This document shows positions 24,800 to 34,398 of a stretch of DNA of 64,000 nt, one piece after another (the stretch's first letter is position 1; each line of letters starts with the position of its first letter). The stretch lies in the NCBI GenBank assembly GCA_050013935.1, contig JBEKEH010000004.1, positions 6,779 through 70,778 of the forward strand, read 5' to 3'. The notes below the pieces were generated by a model. The model did not search any database. It worked only from the letters and a program-made list of their open reading frames with translations, and was not told the origin of the DNA. A program made the position numbers and the translations under genes. The DNA comes from Gaiellaceae bacterium. GTDB lineage: Bacteria > Actinomycetota > Thermoleophilia > Gaiellales > Gaiellaceae.

Positions 24800-26952
24800 G
24801 CGAGCCTCCTCGCCGCCACGGCCGCCTGGCCGTAGCTGATGCCGCCGTCGTTCGGCGGCACGAGCCGGTGCTCGAGGACGCGCAGGCCGTAGGCCTCGAG
24901 CCGTGCTCGCGTCGATGCCGCCAGCCGCTGGTTCTGGAACGATCCGCCGGAGAGGACGACGGTGTCGCATCCGTCCGCGAGCGCGTATGCCGTCGTGGCC
25001 GACGACGCGGCGACTGTCTCGTGGAAGGCGGCTGCGATCTCCTCGCGCGGCCGGCCCGCAGCCAGCTCCGCCGCGACGCGCGCGACGAGGGCGGTCGTCT
25101 CGCCGAATCGCCACGACCAGGGCTCGGCCGGCGCGAAGCCGGCGAGCAGCTCCAGCTCGATCGCCGCCTGCCCCTCGTACGTGACGCACTCGCGCACGCC
25201 GAGCACCGCTGCGACCGCGTCGAAGAGGCGACCCATCCCGGAGGAGAGCGGCGCGTTCACGGCGAGGCTCTCGCGCACCGAATCCCACGGCCGCCACGGC
25301 ACCGGCAGCCCGGCGCGCTCCAGGTGCAGCGCAGCCATGCGCCACGGCTCGTGCACGGCCATCTCGCCGCCTGGGAGCGGCACGGGCTCGAGCCAGGCGA
25401 GCCGCTCGAACGAGGCGAGGTCGGCCCGCAGCAGCTCGCCGCCCCAGAGCGTCCCGTCCGTTCCGTACCCCGTGCCGTCGAAGACGAGCGCGAGCGCCGG
25501 CCCCTGCTCGCCGTGCTCGGCGAGGCACGCCGCGGCGTGTGCATGGTGGTGCTGCACCTCGACGAGCGGTAGCCCCTGCTCGCGCGCCCACTTCGTGGCG
25601 AGGTACTCGGGATGCAGGTCGCAGGCCACCGCTGCGGGCTCTACCGTGAGCATCTCGAGGTAGAGCTCGAGGTCGGTGCGGAAGGCGCGGTACGCGGGCT
25701 CGGAGTCGAGGTCGCCGAGATGGGCGGAGAGGAAGGCCTCGGCGCCGCGCGCGACGCAGAACGTGCTCTTCAGCTCGGGTCCGGCCGCGACGAGCGGAAC
25801 GGGGGCGGCGACCGGCAGCGGCAGCGGTGAGGGCGCGTAGCCGCGGGAGCGCCGCAGCACGGCGCCGCGCCGGACGACGGAGTCCTCGCAGCGGCGGTGG
25901 ATCGATCGGTCGTGCGCGAGGAACGCGTCCGCGATGCCGCCGAGCCGGCGCCGCGCCTCGTCGTCGTCGAAGGCGATCGGCTCGTCGCTGAGGTTGCCGC
26001 TCGTGAGCACGATCGGCCGCTGCAGGTCGTGCCAGAGCAGGTGATGCAGCGGCGTGTACGGGAGCATCACGCCGAGCCAGGGCGAGCCGGGAGCGACCGA
26101 CGCCGCGAGCAGCGCGCCCTCGCGGCGCCGCATGAGCACGATCGGCCTCGCCGGCGCCTCCAGCAGCACGCGCTCCTCCGGCGCCACCAGGCAGAGCGCG
26201 TCCGGGTCACCGCTCATCAGCGCGAGCGGCTTCTCCTCGCGGTGCTTGCGTGCGCGAAGACGGGCGACGGCCTCCTCGTTGCCCGCGTCGCACGCGAGGT
26301 GATAGCCGCCCAGGCCCTTCACGGCGACGATGCCGCCGTCGCGGAGGAGCGCGACCGCGTCACCGAGCGGCAGCGACAGCCTCGGCCCGCACACCGGGCA
26401 GGCAATCGGCTCGGCATGGAAGCGGCGGTCGAAGGGGTCCTCGTACTCGCGCCGGCAGTCCTCGCACAGCTCGAAGGACGCCATCGTCGTTCGTGCGCGG
26501 TCATACGGAACCGAGCGGACGATCGTGAAGCGCGGCCCGCACTGCGTGCAGTTGAGGAACGGGTAGCGGTAGCGGCGGTCCGCCGGGTCGAACAGCTCGC
26601 GCAGGCAGTCGTCGCAGGTGGCGACGTCCGGCGGGACGATCGCCGCGGCAAGGACGTGCCCGCCGTCGCTCGCACGAATGGAGAACTCGCGCTCGCCGCG
26701 TGGCGCGACCAGCTCGGCGACGAGGGACTCGACGCGCGCCAGGCCGGGCGCGCCCTCGACGAGGTCGACCGCGAAGGCGTCGAGCTCGACCGGAGCGCCC
26801 TCGGCTTCGATCACCACGCCCTCGCCGTCGTTGAGCACGAAACCGGCCAGCCCGCGAGAGCGCGCCAGCCGGTGGACGAAGGGCCTGAACCCGACGCCCT
26901 GCACGAGTCCGCGCACCCGGAAGCGGCGGCGCTCCACGCTGCTCACGATCAC
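24790..26952 (-). CDS. hypF: carbamoyltransferase HypF
   Basis: C-terminal ~720 aa of ORF 24790..28251. Acylphosphatase-like RVRGLVQGVGFRPFV, two CxxC Zn-finger pairs (CDDC...CTQCGPRF, CEDC...CPVCGP) and a YrdC/Kae1-like body. GTG 26952 or 26946. Confidence 0.93.
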   Translation of the reverse strand: MIVSSVERRRFRVRGLVQGVGFRPFVHRLARSRGLAGFVLNDGEGVVIEAEGAPVELDAFAVDLVEGAPGLARVESLVAELVAPRGEREFSIRASDGGHVLAAAIVPPDVATCDDCLRELFDPADRRYRYPFLNCTQCGPRFTIVRSVPYDRARTTMASFELCEDCRREYEDPFDRRFHAEPIACPVCGPRLSLPLGDAVALLRDGGIVAVKGLGGYHLACDAGNEEAVARLRARKHREEKPLALMSGDPDALCLVAPEERVLLEAPARPIVLMRRREGALLAASVAPGSPWLGVMLPYTPLHHLLWHDLQRPIVLTSGNLSDEPIAFDDDEARRRLGGIADAFLAHDRSIHRRCEDSVVRRGAVLRRSRGYAPSPLPLPVAAPVPLVAAGPELKSTFCVARGAEAFLSAHLGDLDSEPAYRAFRTDLELYLEMLTVEPAAVACDLHPEYLATKWAREQGLPLVEVQHHHAHAAACLAEHGEQGPALALVFDGTGYGTDGTLWGGELLRADLASFERLAWLEPVPLPGGEMAVHEPWRMAALHLERAGLPVPWRPWDSVRESLAVNAPLSSGMGRLFDAVAAVLGVRECVTYEGQAAIELELLAGFAPAEPWSWRFGETTALVARVAAELAAGRPREEIAAAFHETVAASSATTAYALADGCDTVVLSGGSFQNQRLAASTRARLEAYGLRVLEHRLVPPNDGGISYGQAAVAARRLACA

Positions 26953-27096
26953 GTAGCAAGCGTGACGAGCCCCCGCCCCGACGGCATCGGCGGAACCCAC
27001 TTGGCCGCGCGCGGGAAAGCCGCAGCGCGATCCGGCGGAGCACCGATGCCGCTGCACGGACTGCGGAAGAGTCTTCGAGACGGAAGGAGGGGCCCC

Positions 27097-28239
27097 GTGC
27101 CCACACAGGCCACAACCGAGGCCGTGACGCTCGCTGCCGCGGATCTCGACACGCTGCTCGACGCGCTGCGAGGCCGTGGCTATCGGCTCGTCGGCCCAAC
27201 CGTCCGCGACGGCGCGATCGTGTACGCCGAGCTCGCCTCGGCCGCCGCTCTCCCCGCCGGCTGGACAGACGAGCAGGCGCCCGCCTCGTACCGGCTCGCC
27301 CGCCGCGAGGACGAGGCGCTGTTCGGCTACGCGGTCGGGCCGCACTCGTGGAAGGCCGAGCTGCTGCCGCCGCGGGTCCGCCTCTGGCAGGCTCGCAAGC
27401 AGAACGGCGGCTTCGCGGTCGACGAGGAGCCGCCGGCGGCAGAGCCGACGGCGTTCATCGGCGTCCACCCCTGCGAGCTGGCCGCGATCGCGATCCAGGA
27501 CCGCGTCTTCCTCCAGGGCGACTACCAGGACCGCGACTACGCCGCCCGGCGCGCCGACGTCTTCCTCGTCGCCGCCGACTGCGGCGACCCCTCCGACCTC
27601 TGCTTCTGCACGTCGGTCGGCGGAGGCCCGGAGGCCACCGAGGGTTTCGACCTGGCCTTGACCGAACTGCTGGAGGACGGCGAGCATCGCTTCCTTGTCC
27701 GAGCCGGCTCCGCCGCCGGCAAAGCCGTGCTGGCCGAGCTGCCGGTCCATCCCGCAACCGCCACCGACCATGATGCAGCCGCCGCGATAGTCGCGCGCGC
27801 AGCGCGCGACATGGAGGGCCGCTTCGATAGCACGGATCTCCACGATCTCCTCATGCGGAATCTCGAGGCGAAGCGCTGGGACGCCGTCGCCGAGCGCTGC
27901 CTCTCGTGCGCCAACTGCACGCTCGTCTGCCCCACCTGCTTCTGCACACACGTGGAAGACGCCTCCGCGCTCGACGGCTCGACCGCCGAACGCACGCGCG
28001 TCTGGGATACGTGCTTCTCCGTCCAGTACGCCGAGGTGCACGGCGGCAACACGCGCCCGACGACGCGCGCCCGCTACCGCCAGTGGCTGACGCACAAGCT
28101 CGCCACCTGGGAGGACCAGTTCGGCTCGCTCGGCTGTGTCGGCTGCGGACGCTGCATCGCCTGGTGCCCCGTCGGGATCGACATTCGCGAGGAGGTGCGG
28201 GCAATCCGCGCCGAGGAGGAACAGCATGCGCACGCTTGA
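27097..28239 (+). CDS. hydrogenase 4Fe-4S subunit (HydB/HyhB, AsrA-like)
   Basis: ORF 25897..28239 trimmed to GTG 27097, 6 nt after GGAAGGAGG. Motifs: [16 protein letters not shown] and [12 protein letters not shown]. Confidence 0.85.
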   Translation: MPTQATTEAVTLAAADLDTLLDALRGRGYRLVGPTVRDGAIVYAELASAAALPAGWTDEQAPASYRLARREDEALFGYAVGPHSWKAELLPPRVRLWQARKQNGGFAVDEEPPAAEPTAFIGVHPCELAAIAIQDRVFLQGDYQDRDYAARRADVFLVAADCGDPSDLCFCTSVGGGPEATEGFDLALTELLEDGEHRFLVRAGSAAGKAVLAELPVHPATATDHDAAAAIVARAARDMEGRFDSTDLHDLLMRNLEAKRWDAVAERCLSCANCTLVCPTCFCTHVEDASALDGSTAERTRVWDTCFSVQYAEVHGGNTRPTTRARYRQWLTHKLATWEDQFGSLGCVGCGRCIAWCPVGIDIREEVRAIRAEEEQHAHA

Positions 28240-28690
28240 CGCACTGATCACCGAGAGTCCCGTCTTCGCGGGGCTCGACCAGGAGCAGCTCGAGCTGATC
28301 GCGGGCTGCGGCCAGAACGTCGTCTTCGCCGCCGGCGAGCGGCTGTTCCGCGAGGGCGAGCAGGCGGACGTGTTCTTCCTCGTCCGCCACGGGGTCGTCG
28401 CGCTCGACCAGGACGTGCCGAACCGCCCCGACGTGACCGTCGAGACCGTCGGCCAGGGCGAGATCGTCGGCTGGTCGTGGCTGCTCGAGCCCTACCGCTG
28501 GCACTTCACCGGCCGCGCCGTCGAGCTCGTCCGCGCCGTGCAGTTCGACGGCGCCTGCCTGCGCAAGAAGTGCGAGGAGGACCCCGCGCTCGGGTACGCT
28601 CTCCTCACCCGCTTCGCCCAGGTTCTCGTCAACCGTCTCCAGGCTACGCGCCTGCAGCTGATGGACGTCTATGGCAACCGCGAGCATTGA
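28226..28690 (+). CDS. stand-alone cyclic-nucleotide-binding-domain protein (no HTH)
   Basis: ATG 28226 after GAGGAGGA, overlapping the hydB end by 14 nt. [48 protein letters not shown]... 154 aa, with no DNA-binding domain. Confidence 0.85.
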   Translation: MRTLDALITESPVFAGLDQEQLELIAGCGQNVVFAAGERLFREGEQADVFFLVRHGVVALDQDVPNRPDVTVETVGQGEIVGWSWLLEPYRWHFTGRAVELVRAVQFDGACLRKKCEEDPALGYALLTRFAQVLVNRLQATRLQLMDVYGNREH

Positions 28691-29531
28691 GGCCTCGGCC
28701 GCCGTGCGCGGCTCGATGGCGCCGCTGCCCTACCGGGTCGTCGACAAGCGGCGCGAGAACCACGACAACTGGACGCTCGAGCTCGAGCCGGTCGCCGACG
28801 CGATCGAGCCGATCGGTCCCGGCCAGTTCGACATGCTCTACGCCTTCGGCGTCGGCGAGGTGCCGATCTCCACGAGCGGCGACGTCGAGAAGACCGGCAC
28901 GACGCTCGTGCACACGGTCCGGGCGGTCGGCGCCGTCACGAACGCGCTCTGCGCGGCCCGCGCCGGCGACGTGCTCGGCGTGCGCGGCCCCTTCGGCAAC
29001 CGGTGGCCGATCGAGGCTGCGCGCGGCAAGGATCTGCTGATCGTCGCCGGCGGCGTCGGGCTCGCCCCGCTGCGGCCCGCCTTCTATCACGCGCTCGCGC
29101 ATCGCCAGGAGTACGGCGAGGTGACGCTTCTCTACGGCGGGCGCACGCCCGAGGATCTGCTCTTCCGCCGCGAGCTCGAGCGCTGGCGGGCGCGCCTCGA
29201 TGCGAACGTCTCCGTCACCGTCGATGCGGCGACGACCGAGTGGCACGGCCGGGTCGGCGTCGTCCCGAAGCTGATCCCCGGCGCGCGCTTCGATCCCGAG
29301 GACACCGTCGCGCTCGTCTGCGGGCCAGAGATCATGATGCGGTTTACCGCCCTCCCGCTCGTCGAGGCGGGCATCCCGGCCGACCGGATCTACGTCTCGA
29401 TGGAGCGGACGATGCGCTGCGGGATCGGCCTCTGCGGCCACTGCCAGTGCGGCCCGACACTCGTCTGCCGCGACGGCCCGGTCTATTCCTGGGACTACCT
29501 CGAATCGCTGATGGGGGTGCCACAGTTGTGA
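28671..29531 (+). CDS. hydrogenase FAD/NAD(P)-binding 2Fe-2S subunit (HydG/HyhG, AsrB-like)
   Basis: ORF 28671..29531: [15 protein letters not shown]...C-terminal [16 protein letters not shown] 28716 is an alternative start. Confidence 0.88.
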   Translation: MATASIEASAAVRGSMAPLPYRVVDKRRENHDNWTLELEPVADAIEPIGPGQFDMLYAFGVGEVPISTSGDVEKTGTTLVHTVRAVGAVTNALCAARAGDVLGVRGPFGNRWPIEAARGKDLLIVAGGVGLAPLRPAFYHALAHRQEYGEVTLLYGGRTPEDLLFRRELERWRARLDANVSVTVDAATTEWHGRVGVVPKLIPGARFDPEDTVALVCGPEIMMRFTALPLVEAGIPADRIYVSMERTMRCGIGLCGHCQCGPTLVCRDGPVYSWDYLESLMGVPQL

Positions 29532-30340
29532 GCGCGACCAACGGGCACAGGGGCAAGCACAAGGTGCTGAACGGCGACCGGCCGCGGCTCGCAGTGTGGA
29601 AGTTCTCCTCCTGCGACGGCTGCCAGCTCTCGCTGCTCGACTGTGAGGACGAGCTGCTCGCAGTGGCCGGCGCGGTCGAGATCGCGTACTTCCTCGAGGC
29701 GTCGAGCGCGACGGCGAAGGGGCCGTACGATCTGACGCTCGTCGAGGGCTCGATCACGACGCCGCACGACGCCGAGCGGATCCACGAGATCCGGCGCGCT
29801 TCGAAGTTCCTCGTCTCGATCGGTGCCTGTGCGACGAGCGGCGGGATCCAGGCGCTGCGCAACTTCGGGAACCTGCCCGACTTCATCTCGGCCGTGTACG
29901 CGCAGCCCCAGTACATCTCGACGCTGCGGACGTCGACGGCGATCGCGGACCACGTGAAAGTCGACTTCGAGCTCCAGGGCTGCCCGATCAACAAGAGGCA
30001 GCTGCTGGAGGTGGTCAGCGCGTTCCTCGCCGGCAGGCGCCCGAACGTCTCGAGCTACAGCGTCTGCGTCGAGTGCAAGCGCGCCGGCGTCCCGTGCGTG
30101 ATGGTGGCGAAGGGCGTGCCTTGCCTCGGCCCCGTGACGCAGGCCGGCTGCGGCGCCCTCTGCCCGCTCTACGCGCGCGGCTGCTTCGCCTGCTTCGGGC
30201 CGAAGGAACAGGCGAACACGGAGGCGCTCGCCGCGCAGTGGCGCGAGCTGGGCGCCGACGAGCAGAAGCTGCTGCACGCGTTCCGGGGCATCAACGGCAA
30301 CACACCCCAGTTCCGGCGACAGGCGACCTTCCATGAGTGA
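29528..30340 (+). CDS. [NiFe]-hydrogenase small subunit (group 3 delta type)
   Basis: GTG 29528 (GTGA overlap): [18 protein letters not shown]...[12 protein letters not shown]...[12 protein letters not shown]...GCGALCP. Confidence 0.9.
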   Translation: MSATNGHRGKHKVLNGDRPRLAVWKFSSCDGCQLSLLDCEDELLAVAGAVEIAYFLEASSATAKGPYDLTLVEGSITTPHDAERIHEIRRASKFLVSIGACATSGGIQALRNFGNLPDFISAVYAQPQYISTLRTSTAIADHVKVDFELQGCPINKRQLLEVVSAFLAGRRPNVSSYSVCVECKRAGVPCVMVAKGVPCLGPVTQAGCGALCPLYARGCFACFGPKEQANTEALAAQWRELGADEQKLLHAFRGINGNTPQFRRQATFHE

Positions 30341-31640
30341 CGCGGCGACGAAGACGAAGACGATCCGCACCGACTACCTCGCGCGCGTCGAGGGCGAGGG
30401 CGGAATGCGCGTGCGCATGCGCGGCGACCGGGTCGTCGACGTGCAGCTGAAGATCTACGAGCCGCCGCGCTTCTTCGAGGCCTTCCTCCGCGGCCGGCAG
30501 TTCACCGAGGCGCCGGACATCACCGCCCGCATCTGCGGCATCTGCCCCGTCGCCTACCAGATGAGCTCCTGCCTGGCGATGGAGTCGCTCGCCGGCGTCG
30601 AGGTCGACGGACAGCTACACGCGCTCCGGCGGTTGCTCTACTGCGGCGAGTGGATCGAGTCGCACACGCTCCACATCTTCATGCTCCACGCGCCCGATTT
30701 CCTCGGCGTCGCGAGCGCCGTGGAGCTCGCCAAGATCAACCCAGAGCTCGTCGAGACGGCGCTGCGCCTGAAGAAGATCGGCAACGAGGTGATGCGCGTC
30801 GTCGGCGGGCGCGAGGTGCACCCCATCAACGTGAAGGTCGGCGGCTGGTACAAGACACCGTCCCGCGCGCAGCTCGAGGCCCTCGTCCCCGACCTCGAGT
30901 GGGCGAAGGCGGCCTCGCTCGAGACCGTGCGCATCGTCGCTGGGCTCGACTTTCCCGAGCTCGAGCAGGACTACGAGTTCGTCGCGCTCGACGCCGGCGG
31001 CGAGTACCCGATCGACCGCGGCGCGCGTCTCGTCTCGACGCGTGGCCTCGACATTCCGATCGCCGAGTTCTACGACCACATCGTCGAGGAGCACGTCGAG
31101 CACTCCAACGCCTTGCACGCGCGCCTGCGCGAGCGCGGCTCCTACCTCGTCGGCCCTCTTGCACGCTATGCGCTGCATCGCGGGCTGCTTTCCCCCGACG
31201 CGCTCGCCGCGGCCGACGAGGTAGGGCTTGAGAAGGTCGTGCAGAACCCCTTCCGCTCGATCATCGTGCGCGCGGTCGAGCTCGTGCACGCCTGCGACGA
31301 GGCGCTGCGGCTGGTCGCGGAGTACGAGGAGCCGGCGGAGCCGGCCGTCGAGGTCGTGCCGCAGACGGGCTGGGGTCACGGCGCGAGCGAAGCCCCGCGG
31401 GGCGTCCTCTACCACCGCTACCGGCTCGGCGCCGGCGGCGCGATCCTCGACGCGAAGATCGTCCCGCCCACGTCGCAGAACCAGCGATCGATCGAAGAAG
31501 ACCTGTTCGCGTTCGTCTCGGCGCACGCCTCGATGCCCGAGGAGGAGCTGCGCCTGCGCTGCGAGCAGGCGATCCGCAACTACGATCCGTGCATCTCCTG
31601 CGCGACCCATTTCCTGACCCTGGAGGTCGAGCGCGAATGA
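30333..31640 (+). CDS. [NiFe]-hydrogenase large subunit (group 3b-like)
   Basis: ORF 30333..31640. N-terminal [10 protein letters not shown] and C-terminal DPCISCATH, followed by the 9-aa tail FLTLEVERE. Confidence 0.95.
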   Translation: MSDAATKTKTIRTDYLARVEGEGGMRVRMRGDRVVDVQLKIYEPPRFFEAFLRGRQFTEAPDITARICGICPVAYQMSSCLAMESLAGVEVDGQLHALRRLLYCGEWIESHTLHIFMLHAPDFLGVASAVELAKINPELVETALRLKKIGNEVMRVVGGREVHPINVKVGGWYKTPSRAQLEALVPDLEWAKAASLETVRIVAGLDFPELEQDYEFVALDAGGEYPIDRGARLVSTRGLDIPIAEFYDHIVEEHVEHSNALHARLRERGSYLVGPLARYALHRGLLSPDALAAADEVGLEKVVQNPFRSIIVRAVELVHACDEALRLVAEYEEPAEPAVEVVPQTGWGHGASEAPRGVLYHRYRLGAGGAILDAKIVPPTSQNQRSIEEDLFAFVSAHASMPEEELRLRCEQAIRNYDPCISCATHFLTLEVERE

Positions 31641-32092
31641 CCACCTGCGTCGTCGGCGTCGGCAACGAGCTGCGCGGCGACGACGGGGTCGGGCTGGTAG
31701 TCGCCCGCGCGCTCGAGGGAACGCTCCCGAAGGACGTGCGCGTGCTCGAGTGCGAGGGCGAGCCGGTATCGCTGCTCTCGGCCTGGGAAGGCTGCGAGCG
31801 GACGATCGTGGTCGACGCGACGCAGTCCGGCGCGCAGCCGGGAACGATCCGCCGGATCGCCGCTCACGACGGGCCGCTGCCGCCGGAGCTCGGCCGCTCC
31901 TCGACCCATCTGCTCGGCGTGGCCGAGGCCGTCGAGCTCGCCCGCGCGCTCGACCGGCTACCGGGCCGCACGATCGTCTACGGGATCGAAGGCGCCGTGT
32001 TCGACACCGGCGCAGAGCTCACCGAGGCGGTCGCGACCGCCGCCGCGCTCGTGGCCGCGTCGATCCGCCGCGAGCTCGAGTCGGGGCGCTGA
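31637..32092 (+). CDS. hydrogenase maturation endopeptidase
   Basis: ATG 31637 (ATGA overlap): [23 protein letters not shown]...STHLLG. Confidence 0.9.
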   Translation: MTTCVVGVGNELRGDDGVGLVVARALEGTLPKDVRVLECEGEPVSLLSAWEGCERTIVVDATQSGAQPGTIRRIAAHDGPLPPELGRSSTHLLGVAEAVELARALDRLPGRTIVYGIEGAVFDTGAELTEAVATAAALVAASIRRELESGR

Positions 32093-32352
32093 TGCACGAG
32101 CGCGTGCTCCTGGCGGACCTCGTGCGCGAGATCGAGGCGGTCGCGGCCCGTGAGCACGCCGTGGCCGTCACCGGCGTGCGCGTGCGCATCGGGCCGATGT
32201 CGCACATGACGCCGGAGCACTTCGTCGAGCACTTCGTCGACGCGACGCTGGGCACGATCGCCGAGGGCGCCCGCTGCGAGGTGGAGCAGATCGACCCGCA
32301 CGACCCGCTTGCCCAGTCGATCGTGCTCGAGAGCGTCGACCTCGATCTCTAG
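32092..32352 (+). CDS. HypA-like nickel metallochaperone lacking the zinc-finger domain
   Basis: ATG 32092 (TGATG overlap). MHE N-terminus, VTGVRVRIGPMSHMTPEHFVEHFVDATLGTIAEGA. 86 aa with a single Cys and no CxxC...CxxC. Confidence 0.75.
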   Translation: MHERVLLADLVREIEAVAAREHAVAVTGVRVRIGPMSHMTPEHFVEHFVDATLGTIAEGARCEVEQIDPHDPLAQSIVLESVDLDL

Positions 32353-32440
32353 AGCAGGCGCGTCCACTCATTCGAGGGAATCTCGCGGCACTCCCCACGA
32401 CGGGGGAGACGTGTGGGACGCGCATGACTACGGTCTGCGG

Positions 32441-33328
32441 ATGCGGCGGCTCTTTGTGGTGCTCTCGATTCTCGCGCTCTGCGTACCGGCACTCGCGCTC
32501 GCAGACGGAACGCCCCACGGTCGGACGCTCGTCGGCACGCTGACCGCCAACGCGTCCGGCTCGGTGACCGTCACGGGGAGCAACGCCGCCCTCACGTGCT
32601 CGGTGCCGGACCGCGCGACGGCCTCGGTGGCGAAGCTGAAGCTCGGCGGCCGCTTCAAGATCGCCTGCCGCCGGGACGGCGGCACGCTCGTGCTCGTCGC
32701 CCTCGGGCGCGTCGGCACGCCCGGCCACGACAACGCGACGAAGGGCACCTCGAGCCAGGGCACGGGTACCGCTGGCAAGCCGAAGCCGGGCGGCGACTCG
32801 CCGACGACGCCCCCGCCGCCGACCGCGCCCCCCTCCACGAGCGGCGCGAAGGACGCGCGCGGCAAGGTTGCCGCGCTCGGCGGCGGCTCGATCACCGTCA
32901 TGCGCGACGACGGCACCTCGCTGACGTGCTCGATCACCAGCGGCCAGCTCGGCTCGCTCCAGCCGGTCTTCCCCGTCGGCGCCGGCATCGTCGTGGTCTG
33001 CAACGGTGACGGCGCCCTCGTCTCTGCGGCGCCTGTCGACGGAACGCCGCCGGGCGGCGACACGCACACGACGCCTCCGCCCCCGCCTCCGCCTCCGCCG
33101 CCTGCACTGCCGTCCAGCCGCGACGGGCGCGGCGTCGTCACGTCCCTCTCCTCGACCGGCGTGGCGCTGAGCCTCGACGACGGCGGCACTCCGCTCACGT
33201 GCCGGATCACGACGGCCGCCGACTCGGCCGCCGCGGCGGCGAAGCTCTCGCTCGGCGCTCACATCGGGATCGTCTGCCGGCTCGACGGCGACCACTACGT
33301 CCTCTCGGGCGTCACCCCGATCGGGTAG
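32441..33328 (+). CDS. secreted protein with three ~65-aa repeats separated by Pro-rich linkers
   Basis: ATG 32441 within ORF 32309..33328. Signal peptide MRRLFVVLSILALCVPALALA. Each repeat has the form G.V..L...[S/G].[I/V]TV....LTC.[I/V]....L..G....[I/V].C. Linkers include PPPPPPPPPP. Confidence 0.7.
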   Translation: MRRLFVVLSILALCVPALALADGTPHGRTLVGTLTANASGSVTVTGSNAALTCSVPDRATASVAKLKLGGRFKIACRRDGGTLVLVALGRVGTPGHDNATKGTSSQGTGTAGKPKPGGDSPTTPPPPTAPPSTSGAKDARGKVAALGGGSITVMRDDGTSLTCSITSGQLGSLQPVFPVGAGIVVVCNGDGALVSAAPVDGTPPGGDTHTTPPPPPPPPPPALPSSRDGRGVVTSLSSTGVALSLDDGGTPLTCRITTAADSAAAAAKLSLGAHIGIVCRLDGDHYVLSGVTPIG

Positions 33329-33331
33329 GGA

Positions 33332-34285
33332 CTAGACGAGCTCGGCGAGCGCGGCCAGGAGGCGGTCGTCCGCGTCCGGCCGGTGCACGGTGATCCGGAT
33401 CGCGCTCGGCGACGGCCGGACGGCGAGGCCGCGGTGGAGAAGCGCGTCGTAGAGCCCGCCCGCGCGCTCGTGCGGGACGAGCACGAAGTTCGTGAACGAG
33501 GGCAGCGGCTCGAGCCCGAGCGAACGCAGGCACTGCCCGAGCCGCCCGCGCTCGGCGATCGTCGCGGACACGTCGGGCGGGCCCGCCTCGAGGCCGGCGA
33601 GCGCGAGCGCCGCCGCGAGCGTCGAGACCGGCGCCGGCTGCTGGCGCTCGTTCAGCTCGGCCGCCGTGTCCGTGTCCGCGAGCGCGTAGCCGATCCGTGC
33701 GGACGCGAGCCCGAACGCCTTCGAGAAGGTCCGCACGACGATCACGCCGTCGCCGAGCAGCGGCACCGCCGTCTGGCCGCCGTACTCGAAGTAGGCCTCG
33801 TCGACGACGAGCGGCCGCGTCTCCGGCAGCTCGACCATCGCCCCGCTCGGGTTGTGCGGCCGGCAGACGAAGGTCAGCACGGGATCCTCGTCGCCCACGT
33901 CTGCGCCGGCCACCCACGCCGCCACGCGGTAGAGCGGGTACGTCGGCTCGTACGCGATTGCGATCCTGTCGCCCGGCCCGGCGTACGAGCGTGCGCAGAG
34001 CATCAGGAGGTCGTCCGCGCCGGCGCCGAGCACGACCTGCTCCGGCTCGACGCCGTTGTAGACCGCGATCGCCCGCAGCAGCTCGGGAAAGCCCCCGTGG
34101 CGGTAGCTCTGAATCCGCTCCAGCGCGTCGGCGATCGTCTCCGGGCGCGCCGTCGGCGACGGCTCCGGCGGCGTGTTGCCGTCGAAGCGGAGCACGGCTG
34201 CCGGCGCGATCCCGGCGAGCCTCGCGATCTCCGCCGTCGAGAGCGCCCACGAATAGGGGCGGAACTGCGGCGAGAGCGGGCGCAC
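33332..34285 (-). CDS. class I/II PLP aminotransferase (histidinol-phosphate aminotransferase family)
   Basis: ORF 33332..34285 (GTG): ...PHNPSGAMV...VVRTFSKAFGLASARIGY... Confidence 0.85.
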   Translation of the reverse strand: MRPLSPQFRPYSWALSTAEIARLAGIAPAAVLRFDGNTPPEPSPTARPETIADALERIQSYRHGGFPELLRAIAVYNGVEPEQVVLGAGADDLLMLCARSYAGPGDRIAIAYEPTYPLYRVAAWVAGADVGDEDPVLTFVCRPHNPSGAMVELPETRPLVVDEAYFEYGGQTAVPLLGDGVIVVRTFSKAFGLASARIGYALADTDTAAELNERQQPAPVSTLAAALALAGLEAGPPDVSATIAERGRLGQCLRSLGLEPLPSFTNFVLVPHERAGGLYDALLHRGLAVRPSPSAIRITVHRPDADDRLLAALAELV

Positions 34286-34302
34286 GCCGCGAGCCTACCG
34301 AG

Positions 34303-34347
34303 TTGCGCATTGCGCAGGAAACGCCCCGCCGCGCCACGCATTGCGCG
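34303..34347. promoter_or_regulatory. repeated 10-mer CGCATTGCGC (two copies, 31 nt apart); candidate operator
   Basis: gTTGCGCATTGCGCAgg at 34303..34316 and cACGCATTGCGCGac at 34336..34347, in the 113-bp divergent region. Confidence 0.3.
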
Positions 34348-34358
34348 ACCGATCCCCG

Positions 34359-34388
34359 TTGAATCCTTGCATCACCCCAGGAGATAAT
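34359..34388 (+). promoter_or_regulatory. promoter: -35 TTGAAT, 18-nt spacer, -10 GATAAT
   Basis: TTGAATccttgcatcaccccaggaGATAATctccgccgggATG. Only 10 nt separate the -10 from ATG 34399. Confidence 0.4.
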
Positions 34389-34398
34389 CTCCGCCGGG

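Noticed and set aside
25897-27096. N-terminal 400 aa of ORF 25897..28239.
   Set aside because: It lies antisense to hypF. The real hydrogenase beta subunit starts at GTG 27097, behind a strong GGAAGGAGG SD.
33060-33110. Low-complexity ccgccc/cctccg DNA tract.
   Set aside because: It is the coding sequence for a polyproline linker inside 32441..33328. It is not a CRISPR or satellite repeat.
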